From positions 745,994 through 809,993 of the forward strand of contig JBFXEV010000001.1 in the NCBI GenBank assembly GCA_050179755.1: a stretch of DNA of 64,000 nt, written 5' to 3'. Positions 51,741 through 61,073 of the stretch are shown here, in pieces. Source of the stretch: Candidatus Babeliales bacterium. GTDB lineage: Bacteria; Babelota; Babeliae; Babelales; JBFXEV01. The position numbers and the translations under genes are program-made. How positions within the stretch are numbered: position 1 is the stretch's first letter; every line of letters starts with the position of its first letter. The notes under the pieces were generated by a model, which was given only the letters and a program-made list of their open reading frames with translations, did not search any database and was not told where the DNA came from.

Positions 51741-52032
51741 GATTGGGGCCCTCCTCTGCTTTTTTGTTAAGCTTTTTAATTACCTTTTTTATTATGATAC
51801 ACAAATAAAGTACATGTCAAGCACTTAATGAGAAATGTTAACAATTGTTTTTTTTAAGAATAAAAAACAGTTTTTTTTAGATTTCATATGGCAACAATTT
51901 GGTGTGTCAGAATTTGTTTTTCAAGTTATTTTACTTTTCTTGGGAGAGCAGCGCGCTTTTGAATAAAACATGGTACTCTACAAGCATGAGGGTTTGTCAT
52001 TATAAAAAGTATTTTTTAAGTAAGAGGTATTC

Positions 52033-53739
52033 ATGTTCACTGGAATTATACAACATAAAGGCACCATTGCTTCAATAAAAAAAGAAGCAAGTTCCCCATT
52101 GCAAGTTACTGTGTGTGTACAAGATACACAATTTATTGCCGCACAAAAGGTTGGTGATTCAATTGCAATTGATGGTATTTGTTTGAGCATAGTGCGCAAA
52201 GACCTTGAGCTTCAACAACTTATGTTTCAGGCAATAGAGCAAACATGCATAGTCACTACTATTGGTGCTCGGGTGATTGGTGATGTGGTAAATGTTGAGC
52301 CTGCTCTCTCAGCACAGGATAAGTTAGATGGGCATGTGGTCACTGGTCATATTGATTACAAAGTAAAAGTACTTGATGTAGTGCACCATGAAGATGGCTC
52401 ATGGCAGGTGTTTATTGAAAACAAAAAACCGGAACTGATTGTATTGCGTGGTTCGGTAGCACTCAATGGCGTGAGTTTGACCGTCTCACATGTATGCCCT
52501 TATTATTTTTGTGTGAGTCTGATTCCGATTACGCTTGAAAAAACAAATTTATCTTTCTTAAAAAAAGGTCACTTAGTTAACGTTGAGTATGATACGTTTC
52601 TGAAAGCACAAAAAGGTTGCTCAATCGATTTGGCCAGCGCGCTTGGCACGCGGGTATTCTCTGATGAGCAAGCAATGAATTGTGCGTTGCAATTAGCTCA
52701 GCTAGGGGTTGTGACTGCGCCACCAAATCCTTGGGTGGGTTCAGTAATAGTAAAAGATAATGTAATCATTGGTGCAGGATATCACACCAAGGCGGGAGAG
52801 CCACATGCAGAAGTTGAAGCACTACGCAGCATGCGCGATCAGCTTGATGCGCAAGGCGCTCGTATGTATGTTACTTTAGAACCATGTTGTCATATTGGAA
52901 AAACCGGTCCGTGCACGCAAGCTATTATTGAAGCGGGAATTACACACGTGACTATTGGCATGCTTGACCCAGATATGCGCGTGCAAGGTAAGGGTGTTAA
53001 GGCCTTAGAGGCGGCTGGTATTCAGGTAACTGTCGGCGTGCTCTCTTGCAAAGTTGCTCAGTCACTTAAACCGTATATTCATCATCGTACCACTGGTATG
53101 CCCTTTGTAATTGCAAAAGTGGGTGTAAGTATTGATGGTAAAATAGCGGCAGCTGATGGTAGTGCTCGCTGGATTACCGATGCTGCTGCACGTCAAGAAG
53201 TGCATGAGCTACGTGCGCGGTGTCAGGCAGTGTTGGTTGGTCAAGCAACCGTAATCAAAGATAATCCACAACTCACCGTGAGATTAGAAAATTACACGGG
53301 TCCACAACCAGTCCGCGTAGTGCTTGATACGTATGGCGTGGTCACTAATCCTGATTTGCATATCTTTAACCAAGAACAAGCAAAAACGCTTATGATTACA
53401 TCTAATCAATGCAACCAAGAAACTAAAGAGCTGTGGCAGAAACTTGGTATTGAATATTGTGTAGTACATTGCACCGACGGTCGGCTTGATCTTGTGCAGG
53501 TGTATAAAGAATTGGGTAGGCGACAGGTTATATCAGTGCTTGTTGAAGGTGGTTCACGGTTGCAGACTGAGCTTCTGAAAACGGGTGCGTACCAAGAATT
53601 ACATGTCTATCTTGGTCCGGTAATAATTGGGAGCAATGGTATCAGTTTATTTGATACCGTGCTTGGATCATCTATGGATGATGCTCTTGCTTTAAAGAAG
53701 ATTGGTCAAACGCCCCATTGCATAATTTTTGAGCGTTAA
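52033..53739 (+). CDS. ribE/ribD: Fusion of riboflavin synthase (N-terminal) and RibD deaminase/reductase (C-terminal)
   Basis: N-terminal MFTGII, GHVVTGHID and GSVALNGVSLT; then PPNPWVG, HAE, TLEPCCH..PC, DGKIA, DNPQLTVR, LVEGG in one frame. Confidence 0.93.
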   Translation: MFTGIIQHKGTIASIKKEASSPLQVTVCVQDTQFIAAQKVGDSIAIDGICLSIVRKDLELQQLMFQAIEQTCIVTTIGARVIGDVVNVEPALSAQDKLDGHVVTGHIDYKVKVLDVVHHEDGSWQVFIENKKPELIVLRGSVALNGVSLTVSHVCPYYFCVSLIPITLEKTNLSFLKKGHLVNVEYDTFLKAQKGCSIDLASALGTRVFSDEQAMNCALQLAQLGVVTAPPNPWVGSVIVKDNVIIGAGYHTKAGEPHAEVEALRSMRDQLDAQGARMYVTLEPCCHIGKTGPCTQAIIEAGITHVTIGMLDPDMRVQGKGVKALEAAGIQVTVGVLSCKVAQSLKPYIHHRTTGMPFVIAKVGVSIDGKIAAADGSARWITDAAARQEVHELRARCQAVLVGQATVIKDNPQLTVRLENYTGPQPVRVVLDTYGVVTNPDLHIFNQEQAKTLMITSNQCNQETKELWQKLGIEYCVVHCTDGRLDLVQVYKELGRRQVISVLVEGGSRLQTELLKTGAYQELHVYLGPVIIGSNGISLFDTVLGSSMDDALALKKIGQTPHCIIFER

Positions 53740-54376
53740 GTTCTAAAAAGTTTTTTACCACAATATCAGCAGCTTGTGTAAACTCTGCAATCCCAGTGCT
53801 GTTGATACCAATACAATACATGCCAGCAGCTTTTGCTGCAGTAACGCCATGGCGCGAATCTTCAATCACAATGCATTCGCTAGGCTTAGATTTTAATTGT
53901 TGTGCTGCATATAAAAAAATATCAGGAGCGGGTTTGGTCACACCTTGCACGCATGCACTGCCATAGATATGTTTACCAAAAAAGCTCTCTAGATTCAGGA
54001 TGCTATTTGTCTTTTTTAGAGCGTCGTTTGTTGCATTGGTGGCAATAGCACATTTAATATTGAGCGCCTTTACGTGCGCGTGAAAAGTTTCAAACCCTTC
54101 CATAAATTTTAAATGCGTATCATAGAGGTTGTATGCCAATTCTTCTTCTTCTTGAGCAAGAGACGCTCTATCATCAATGAGATTAAACATTGATTTTAAT
54201 TCATCGCAAATTGCTTTTACGTGTAATCCGCGCACGCGTAAATTTATTTCATTTTGCATCTGCGCAGTTACTGCAATACCCCGTTTGAGCAATAATAAGC
54301 GAGTTGCTTCTACCCATAGTGATTCGGTGTCTATAATAGTGCCATCCATATCAAATAATATTGTTGTGTAGTTCAT
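53672..54376 (-). CDS. HAD-superfamily phosphatase (subfamily IA)
   Basis: FDMDGTIIDTE, ATN, KPAPDIF, IEDS. Confidence 0.92.
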   Translation of the reverse strand: MNYTTILFDMDGTIIDTESLWVEATRLLLLKRGIAVTAQMQNEINLRVRGLHVKAICDELKSMFNLIDDRASLAQEEEELAYNLYDTHLKFMEGFETFHAHVKALNIKCAIATNATNDALKKTNSILNLESFFGKHIYGSACVQGVTKPAPDIFLYAAQQLKSKPSECIVIEDSRHGVTAAKAAGMYCIGINSTGIAEFTQAADIVVKNFLELNAQKLCNGAFDQSSLKQEHHP

Positions 54377-54391
54377 GGGGTTCCTGAGAGG

Positions 54392-55027
54392 TTACAAAGT
54401 GAAATGATATAGTGCATGTGATTTAATATACTGTGCGACAGTTGCGGGCACAAACTGCTGCCAACAGGGAGTGAGATTTTTGATGCGTGAGCGTACGATG
54501 CTACTCGAGATTGTGTAGCAATCTGCGGCAATGCGAAGTTGTGTGGCGCTTGCAGGAATCAAGTGTTGTACTTTGCCTTCGCGCGGTATAATAAATACTT
54601 TATCAAAAGAATCCTCGTTATTGGGGTTCCAGTGTGCCAAATTCTCTTGGCCAGAAAACAAATGCCAGCGTACTTTTGGTGAATTGCCAAAACAATTTTT
54701 TAGTTGTTCTATTCCCCAAGTTTGTGTGGCATCTTGCGTGAGCAAGGTAATAGGTAATTCAGGCGATATCAGAAGCTTGACCATGGCGATGCGATCTTGT
54801 AGAGAAGCAGTGTACTGCTTATGACCATGATTATTTATTACCACAAATAATTGTTGAATTCCAGTGGAGAATGAGCGTATCATGATCTGTTGATGTGCAC
54901 GGGTAGGTGGATCAAAGGTGCCCCAATACACTCCATAGCAAGTGACCTCATCTACTGTGGCGTCTACGTGATAATATGTTGTCAGCATGATACATACAAA
55001 GAACAATAGTGGTTGTTTGAGTTGCAT
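54392..55027 (-). CDS. NadD-like nucleotidyltransferase (cytidylyltransferase-like fold) with signal-like N-terminus
   Basis: GVYWGTFDPPTRAH, DRIAMV and ISSSIVR motifs. Confidence 0.75.
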   Translation of the reverse strand: MQLKQPLLFFVCIMLTTYYHVDATVDEVTCYGVYWGTFDPPTRAHQQIMIRSFSTGIQQLFVVINNHGHKQYTASLQDRIAMVKLLISPELPITLLTQDATQTWGIEQLKNCFGNSPKVRWHLFSGQENLAHWNPNNEDSFDKVFIIPREGKVQHLIPASATQLRIAADCYTISSSIVRSRIKNLTPCWQQFVPATVAQYIKSHALYHFTL

Positions 55028-55100
55028 GGTATGGCGTCTCTAATTCTTGAATAAGATAAGTAGGCCAGGTAACTTGCTTTGCAACTTACCCAGCATAAAC

Positions 55101-55610
55101 TTATAATTGAGGTTGGTGCATTGTTTCAAGCGAAGGCACTTGCATATTTTCCTGATGTGTCATCATAAGCGCTGAATCTGCCCATCCCTTTGCAATGCCA
55201 TCATAGACTCGCTCCACAGCTTGTTCATGATTGCAGGTGAGCACACCAAAAATTACAGGCACGCCACATGAGATAGAAAGCATTTGGAGTGCATGCGTTA
55301 CGCTATTTGCAAGAACTTCAAAATGGTATGTTGCGCCTTGAAGGAGCGCGCCCAGGCAAATAATGACTTCGCATTTTTGTTGTGCAAGTAATTGTTGTGT
55401 ACCATGTGCCAGCTCAAATGCGCCCGGCACCACACGTACTGATATGTTTTTTGCAAGTACGCCTTGGGTCACAAGTTGCTTTACGCAGTCTTGGTACAAA
55501 GCTTCTACAATTTCTGTATTCCATGCAGTTTTTACAATGCCAATGCGTAAGTTTGCGGCTTGAACTGCATTAGGAAGTCTGCTTTCTAGGATATTTAGTT
55601 TTTTGTACAT
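55101..55610 (-). CDS. ribH: 6,7-dimethyl-8-ribityllumazine synthase
   Basis: VPGAFEL, LQGATYHFE, PVIFGVLT, QAVER. Confidence 0.95.
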   Translation of the reverse strand: MYKKLNILESRLPNAVQAANLRIGIVKTAWNTEIVEALYQDCVKQLVTQGVLAKNISVRVVPGAFELAHGTQQLLAQQKCEVIICLGALLQGATYHFEVLANSVTHALQMLSISCGVPVIFGVLTCNHEQAVERVYDGIAKGWADSALMMTHQENMQVPSLETMHQPQL

Positions 55611-56856
55611 AGGTTCCTTCTTCTGGCGTAATAATGAGACGATGATTCATTCTTAATTTTTTTGTGGCGAGGTATGCGCCATTAAAGTGTGTTGCACTGC
55701 TTGCAATTTGAATAATGCTGTGCACTTTATCTTTAAAAAAATCTATTTTATCAGGGTTGTTGGTGATAAGGTCTATGTGTTCGAGGGCAAGATAATCAAC
55801 AATTGCGCGAGCGACAGTATAATCGCGCATATCAATAGGCAAATTAAGCTGCACGTGTGCCTCAATAGTGTCATGCCCTTGTTGCATCAAATCGTACGCT
55901 TTAATTTTATTGGTTAATCCAATGCCACGCCCTTCATGGTCACTCATATATATTAATACACCATAGCCGATTTCTTTAATTTTTTGTAATGCGTTTAAAT
56001 ATTGCTGCTCACAATCACAATGCATGCTGTGGAGCGTGTTTCCCGTAAAGCATGCAGAATGAATGCGTACCGGAACAATGGTATGTTCTTGCCAATTGCC
56101 ATACAAGAGCACGGGGTGTTCATTACCAAATTGGTCAACAAAGATGCGGCACTCGCACTGCATAGGTTGTTTGCCATTATGCACAGTCAATTGGGCACTG
56201 CTTGCCAGTTGCACATACTGGTCCGGTGCATTATTTTGTGGTTTTGCAATGTCCAGGTTCATGTAAGCAAGCAAATTTTTAATGGTTATAATAGGTATGT
56301 TGTGCTGTTGGCTAAAAATCTGGCATTGAGGATAGCGCATCATAGTACCGTCAGGGTTCATTAATTCTGCAATTACCCCAACGGTATTTAAGCCACTCAG
56401 TGCACATAAGGTTACTGCCGCTTCTGTGTGCCCTTGGCGTGCTTGTAATCCACCATGGTGTGCAATAAGTGGGAATACGTGGCCAGGTTTTCTAAAAGAT
56501 GTTGCATCAACTGAACTATCAGCTAATGCTTGTATGGTGTTATGCCGATCAAGAGCAGAAACGCCAGTAGTGGTAGTAATGTGATCGCATGAAACAGTAA
56601 ATTTTGTGCCGTGATGATCGGTATTATGGATTGTCATTAAGTGTAAGCCAAGTTTTTGGGCGCGTGCGCTGGTCAGCGGCGTGCAGATAATACCGGTGGT
56701 GTGTTGGAGTAAAAAGGTGATTTTTTCTGGGGTGCTGTGCTCGGCTGCAAAAATAAGATCCCCTTCATTCTCTCGGTTTTCATCATCCATTACAATGAGC
56801 ATGCTGCCGTGCGCAAAAGCAGAAATATATTGTTTGATGTGGTCGAGTGATGCCAT
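55570..56856 (-). CDS. ribBA: Bifunctional DHBP synthase / GTP cyclohydrolase II
   Basis: DDENRENEGD, PGHVFPL, RQGHTEA; RIHSACFTG..CDC, HEGRGIGL, ITNNP. Confidence 0.96.
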   Translation of the reverse strand: MASLDHIKQYISAFAHGSMLIVMDDENRENEGDLIFAAEHSTPEKITFLLQHTTGIICTPLTSARAQKLGLHLMTIHNTDHHGTKFTVSCDHITTTTGVSALDRHNTIQALADSSVDATSFRKPGHVFPLIAHHGGLQARQGHTEAAVTLCALSGLNTVGVIAELMNPDGTMMRYPQCQIFSQQHNIPIITIKNLLAYMNLDIAKPQNNAPDQYVQLASSAQLTVHNGKQPMQCECRIFVDQFGNEHPVLLYGNWQEHTIVPVRIHSACFTGNTLHSMHCDCEQQYLNALQKIKEIGYGVLIYMSDHEGRGIGLTNKIKAYDLMQQGHDTIEAHVQLNLPIDMRDYTVARAIVDYLALEHIDLITNNPDKIDFFKDKVHSIIQIASSATHFNGAYLATKKLRMNHRLIITPEEGTYVQKTKYPRKQTS

Positions 56857-56992
56857 GTGCTTGCTCCTTTTTTAAATGCTTTATTCCTGTTGTTAGTTTT
56901 ATAAGTTCGCACGGGTTTGTCAATTTTTTATTTAAGGTCTGAAGCAAAATCGTAAGCAGACTGAAGTGGCAGAAGTTGGTTGTGCAGAAACT

Positions 56993-57018
56993 AAAAGGGC
57001 CGCATTATGCGGCCCTTT
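56993..57018 (-). terminator. Terminator after GMC gene 2
   Basis: aaagggccgcattatgcggcccttt, nearly identical to 49821-49843. Confidence 0.8.
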
Positions 57019-57031
57019 GTTACATGGTGAT

Positions 57032-58789
57032 TTATTTTCCTGCACGGATAAAATCGGCAATTGTCCAGCCAATTAATACTGCAGGCGTTGCGGTGTTGCC
57101 GTCTGGTATTACAGGCAAGATAGAAACATCTGCAACGCGTAGACCTTTTACGCCAAACACGTGGCCATAAGGATCAACAACGCCATTTTCTGGTGACAGA
57201 GCAGCTTTTGTTGTTGAGCAATAATGGTGCGCTTGAGAAGCATTTGCTTTAATGAAGGCAATAAGAGCGTCTCGATCCATCATTACATCTTTGGTAGGAG
57301 CTATGAATGTCCATGTACCTTTAGGAGATGGATTTGCTTCAAAATAGTTTTCTAAGTCTAAAGCAAAGTTTTGATACGCGTCCGCCAACTTATCTATATC
57401 TTCAGGATTACTCAACAAGTTTGCGTCAGCAAGAGGAATTTTGAGTGGATCATCATTTTGGATTGCAACTGAGCCAACACTTTTTACACGCATTAATCCT
57501 GCACCAAAGAACAAAAGTTCGTCACTCAGTGGTGTAGAAATCCATTGAATATCACGCAACGTATTATTTGGATCTGCAGGTGGTGTTACGGCAGGTAACA
57601 TAGCACCAGGTCCCCATACTGCCCATGGTTCCGCTGGTGGAATTATTTCTGTGCCTGGAGGTATTTGAATTAAACTACCGATGTAGGTATGATTTACTAG
57701 TTCGCCCACATGAGGATTATCTACACGCACTGGCACGCCAGCTGCATTAAGAATGTCTTTTGGTCCAATGCCATTACGTTGTAAGAATTGTGCACTTTGG
57801 AAACCAGCACACACAATAACTTCTTTACGTGCAAATAGAGTGTGGCATTTACCATCTTGCGTATAACGAACGCCAATTACTTTATTATTCTTCCAAATGA
57901 GATCAATGGCGGTAGATCTTAAATGCACTCTTAATTTTCTACCATTTACACCAACACCATTTGGAGTCATAACAGTTTCATCTAAGAAAGCATAAGAAGT
58001 TGCTTCGCGTAGAAATGAGCCATTTTCTATACGTTCTTGAGTATCCCATTGCAAGAAAGCGCCGTTAGGTGTTTCTGGATTATTAAAATCAAGAACCGGT
58101 GGCATACCACTCACCACAGTCATTGCATTAAATAAATATTGATCATCTTCCGTTGGATTAAATGGTAATGCTATATTAGTCCACGGCCCGTTAGTGCCTC
58201 GAGCAGGGCTTGTAGGAAAGGGAGCAATGTAGGTCTCTAATTTTTTGTATCGTTTGCGCGTTTTTTCAAGTGACCAATCTGATCCAAGAAGCGCTTCTAT
58301 TTCCGACCAATATGCGTCAGATCCAAGCACGACTTGCAGGCCATTAATAGAGGTTCCGCCACCAAGAAGCCTTCCTGATGACCACGCGTATGATTGGCCA
58401 TCAAGTTGGAATTGTGGAACACCCTCGCCTTGCCAGAAATATTGTGGATAAAAGAATGGGAACAAGAAGAAATATCCTTGTTCTGGAATTATAATTACCG
58501 GGTCTTGGCTGTTATTATCACCTGCTTCAAGACCAATCACTGAAGTTTTTCTATCTTTAGTCAAGCGATTGGCAATCACCGCTCCAGCTCCGCCCATGCC
58601 AATGATAATGTAGTCTGCATCATAATACTTTTTGTTCTTGTGTTTTGGTTTGCAAGGTTTAATTGGTTCCGTGCAGCAAATTCTAATTTGCTCGGCGAGT
58701 AATGTAATAGGAGAGAGTGCTTGCAAGAGAATACTTGCAAGCATTGTTATTGCTAATTTTTTTTTGAAGCATTTATGCATTGTTATCAC
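57032..58789 (-). CDS. Exported GMC FAD oxidoreductase, copy 2
   Basis: IIIGMGGAG, GRLLGGGTSING, AHH, GLRVADVS..GNT; long peptide blocks identical to copy 1. Confidence 0.93.
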   Translation of the reverse strand: MITMHKCFKKKLAITMLASILLQALSPITLLAEQIRICCTEPIKPCKPKHKNKKYYDADYIIIGMGGAGAVIANRLTKDRKTSVIGLEAGDNNSQDPVIIIPEQGYFFLFPFFYPQYFWQGEGVPQFQLDGQSYAWSSGRLLGGGTSINGLQVVLGSDAYWSEIEALLGSDWSLEKTRKRYKKLETYIAPFPTSPARGTNGPWTNIALPFNPTEDDQYLFNAMTVVSGMPPVLDFNNPETPNGAFLQWDTQERIENGSFLREATSYAFLDETVMTPNGVGVNGRKLRVHLRSTAIDLIWKNNKVIGVRYTQDGKCHTLFARKEVIVCAGFQSAQFLQRNGIGPKDILNAAGVPVRVDNPHVGELVNHTYIGSLIQIPPGTEIIPPAEPWAVWGPGAMLPAVTPPADPNNTLRDIQWISTPLSDELLFFGAGLMRVKSVGSVAIQNDDPLKIPLADANLLSNPEDIDKLADAYQNFALDLENYFEANPSPKGTWTFIAPTKDVMMDRDALIAFIKANASQAHHYCSTTKAALSPENGVVDPYGHVFGVKGLRVADVSILPVIPDGNTATPAVLIGWTIADFIRAGK

Positions 58790-58821
58790 TTTTAGTTATT
58801 GATTATTAAATTCCTTTGATA

Positions 58822-58886
58822 ACCAGTACCGTGATGTGAAATTAATATTGAAAAGACTGGTGGCTTCTTTTTTTTTGAATCCTCAT
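58822..58886 (-). promoter_or_regulatory. Conserved leader (putative uORF or RNA stem) of GMC copy 2
   Basis: ATG 58886 ORF MRIQKKRSHQSFQY*; ACCAGT/ACTGGT stem as in copy 1. Confidence 0.4.
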
Positions 58887-58969
58887 CCTATTTATACATT
58901 GAGTTATTATTAAATTATATGTCTTAAGATAAACTGATATTAATTTTATTGTCAAGAGACCTATTTTTT

Positions 58970-60676
58970 TTATGTTTTCTTATCATGTATTAATAATTGC
59001 TGTGCAATTTGTACAAACACTGGTGCTGCAATAACACTTGCAAGCACGCCCGGATTTTGTATTTCTTTAATAAAGGTGATAATTACTCGTTTGTAATCAC
59101 CTTTTTCCAAAATACCTGCAAACGTATAAATATTTTTATTCTCTACATATTTGCCATTACTAATTAAGCGTGCCGTGCCCGTTTTGCCCATAACTTTAAG
59201 TCCTGGAATAGTGCTTAATGATTTGGTGGTGGATGCTGCAGTTTGTTCTAGAATGTTGCGCATTTGGGCGATACTTTCTGGGGAATATAGCAAATCCGTC
59301 TCCTGCAACTCGGCCTTACGACCTCGTTCAGGAAGACCGGAATTTTTGGAATTCTTTCTATTTTCCGTTGCCATGTCTAAAACAGCACGATTCAAACTAG
59401 TTTTTGAGATTACTAACGTCGGTGGTACCATATGCCCATTATTTGCAATAATACCAATGGCCTGTGCAAGTTGCACAAGTGTTGTAGAAATTTCATACCC
59501 AAATGAAAGTGAAATAAGTGATCTATTTGACCAGCGGTGCGGCGGATTTACAAAGCCTGCTTGTTCACCGGGGAAATTAAGGCCAGTTTTTGTCCCAAAT
59601 CCTAACGTGCGGTAATGATTATATAATTTATCTTGTAATCTGAATGCAACTTTGGCAACGCCAATATTATTAGATTTTTTGATCACGTCACTAAATGGTA
59701 TGCACCCATTTGCAAATGTGGTATTCACTTTCATGCCGTTTACAAATCCGGAAAGCACACCTTCACAATCAATTTCTTCGTCAGGAGTTACCACGCCTTC
59801 TTCTAGGGCTGCAAGTGCTAAGAAAGTTTTTATAACAGAGCCTAGTTCATAGCTTTCGGTTGCTACATGTAATTTGGTTTGTTTCTGATCGATTGTTTTT
59901 ATATTATCGGTATCAAAAGTTGGATATTGCACTGCTGCAAGGATTTCACCGGTGGTAGGATCCATCACCAATGCTGCTGCACTTTGAGCGCCATGTTCTT
60001 GCGCTGCCTCTTTTATTTTTTCATATGCTAAAAATTGAATATCACGATCAATCGTGAGTTTTATTGGCTCACCTTCGTGGCCTTCAGTTTTTACTTTTTT
60101 ATCAAAATAAAAATGGCCAGAGCGTGCATCTTTTGCAAGGCCATAGGTAATAGGCGTTCCTGCAAGTTGTTTGTTATACATAAGTTCAATACCAAATAAT
60201 CCATTATTATCAATATCAGTAAGGCCAATGATTGGCCCTGCAGAACGTAACGGGTAATAACGGCTTGGTTCTTTGAGGATATGAATATCCTCGTGTGCAA
60301 ACGTTTCATTTTCAGCCAAATGGCGTTTAACAAATAAAAAGTGTGCATCGGGTCTTTTTACCAGACGTTCATATGCTTTAGGATAATTTTTTTTCAAGAA
60401 TTTTTTGAGCGAATCAGGATGCTTAAGCATTTTGGGCATAATAAATGCAGAAAGTGCATCTTTATTAAGAGCAAGAGGTTTGCCCGTGCGATCAACTATT
60501 AATGCGCGTGGCGGTAGTTGTGTGACAGTAACGTTATATTGTTTGTTTGCAAGTTGCGCAAAAAAATCTTTCTGAGTAATTTGCAGATAATAGAGATTGG
60601 CAATCATAATAGCGTATAATACGCAAAATAATAAAAATACTATTGATGAACGAGTTCTATAATTGATTGCTATCAT
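58970..60676 (-). CDS. ftsI: Class B penicillin-binding protein (FtsI/PBP3)
   Basis: N-terminal TM, RALIVDR, RYYP, ELGSVIK (SxxK), KSNN (SxN), GKTGTA; follows an ftsL-like gene. Confidence 0.9.
   Translation of the reverse strand: MIAINYRTRSSIVFLLFCVLYAIMIANLYYLQITQKDFFAQLANKQYNVTVTQLPPRALIVDRTGKPLALNKDALSAFIMPKMLKHPDSLKKFLKKNYPKAYERLVKRPDAHFLFVKRHLAENETFAHEDIHILKEPSRYYPLRSAGPIIGLTDIDNNGLFGIELMYNKQLAGTPITYGLAKDARSGHFYFDKKVKTEGHEGEPIKLTIDRDIQFLAYEKIKEAAQEHGAQSAAALVMDPTTGEILAAVQYPTFDTDNIKTIDQKQTKLHVATESYELGSVIKTFLALAALEEGVVTPDEEIDCEGVLSGFVNGMKVNTTFANGCIPFSDVIKKSNNIGVAKVAFRLQDKLYNHYRTLGFGTKTGLNFPGEQAGFVNPPHRWSNRSLISLSFGYEISTTLVQLAQAIGIIANNGHMVPPTLVISKTSLNRAVLDMATENRKNSKNSGLPERGRKAELQETDLLYSPESIAQMRNILEQTAASTTKSLSTIPGLKVMGKTGTARLISNGKYVENKNIYTFAGILEKGDYKRVIITFIKEIQNPGVLASVIAAPVFVQIAQQLLIHDKKT
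59296..59340 (-). repeat. REP-like palindrome inserted in frame in ftsI
   Basis: Minus strand ccggtcttcctgaacgaggtcgtaaggccgagttgcaggagacgg resembles ccgctcatcctgagcctgtcgaagga (reverse complement of 20032-20057). Confidence 0.6.
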
Positions 60677-60938
60677 GTGCGTGCCGTATTTGGTTAAGGG
60701 CAATGTGCTTCATATGTAAGGTTTGTAGCGCGTATTTTTTTATTGCTTCAGGATCTTGTAGTTTATTCAAGCGCTCGTTAAGTGTATTGTGCTCGGCAAT
60801 AAGTTCACGTTGCTCTTTTTCAAGCCGTTGCTTTTCAAATGAGAGTTTAATAAATGAACTTTGTTTGTGTATTTGCAAGATAATTAAAAGTATCTGCATT
60901 CCCACAAAAAAACTCAAAAAATAGATTTTTTTGTTCAT
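60657..60938 (-). CDS. ftsL: Cell division protein FtsL-like
   Basis: One TM helix, leucine-zipper coiled coil and PEAIKKYALQTLHM, directly upstream of ftsI. Confidence 0.7.
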   Translation of the reverse strand: MNKKIYFLSFFVGMQILLIILQIHKQSSFIKLSFEKQRLEKEQRELIAEHNTLNERLNKLQDPEAIKKYALQTLHMKHIALNQIRHAHDSNQL

Positions 60939-61073
60939 ACTAGTTTCCTTAAAGAATAATTATTATTCTTGTTCTGTTACTAGCATAAAGGGAAGTGACG
61001 AGATTTAGAAAGAGTTTATGCAAAAACAATAAGGCACATACTTGTTTGCATGATAAGAAAGAAAGATTATTTT

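Noticed and set aside
56857..56992. FMN riboswitch upstream of ribBA (also checked upstream of ribE-ribD)
   Set aside because: No RFN consensus segments are visible; the regions are short or AT-rich.
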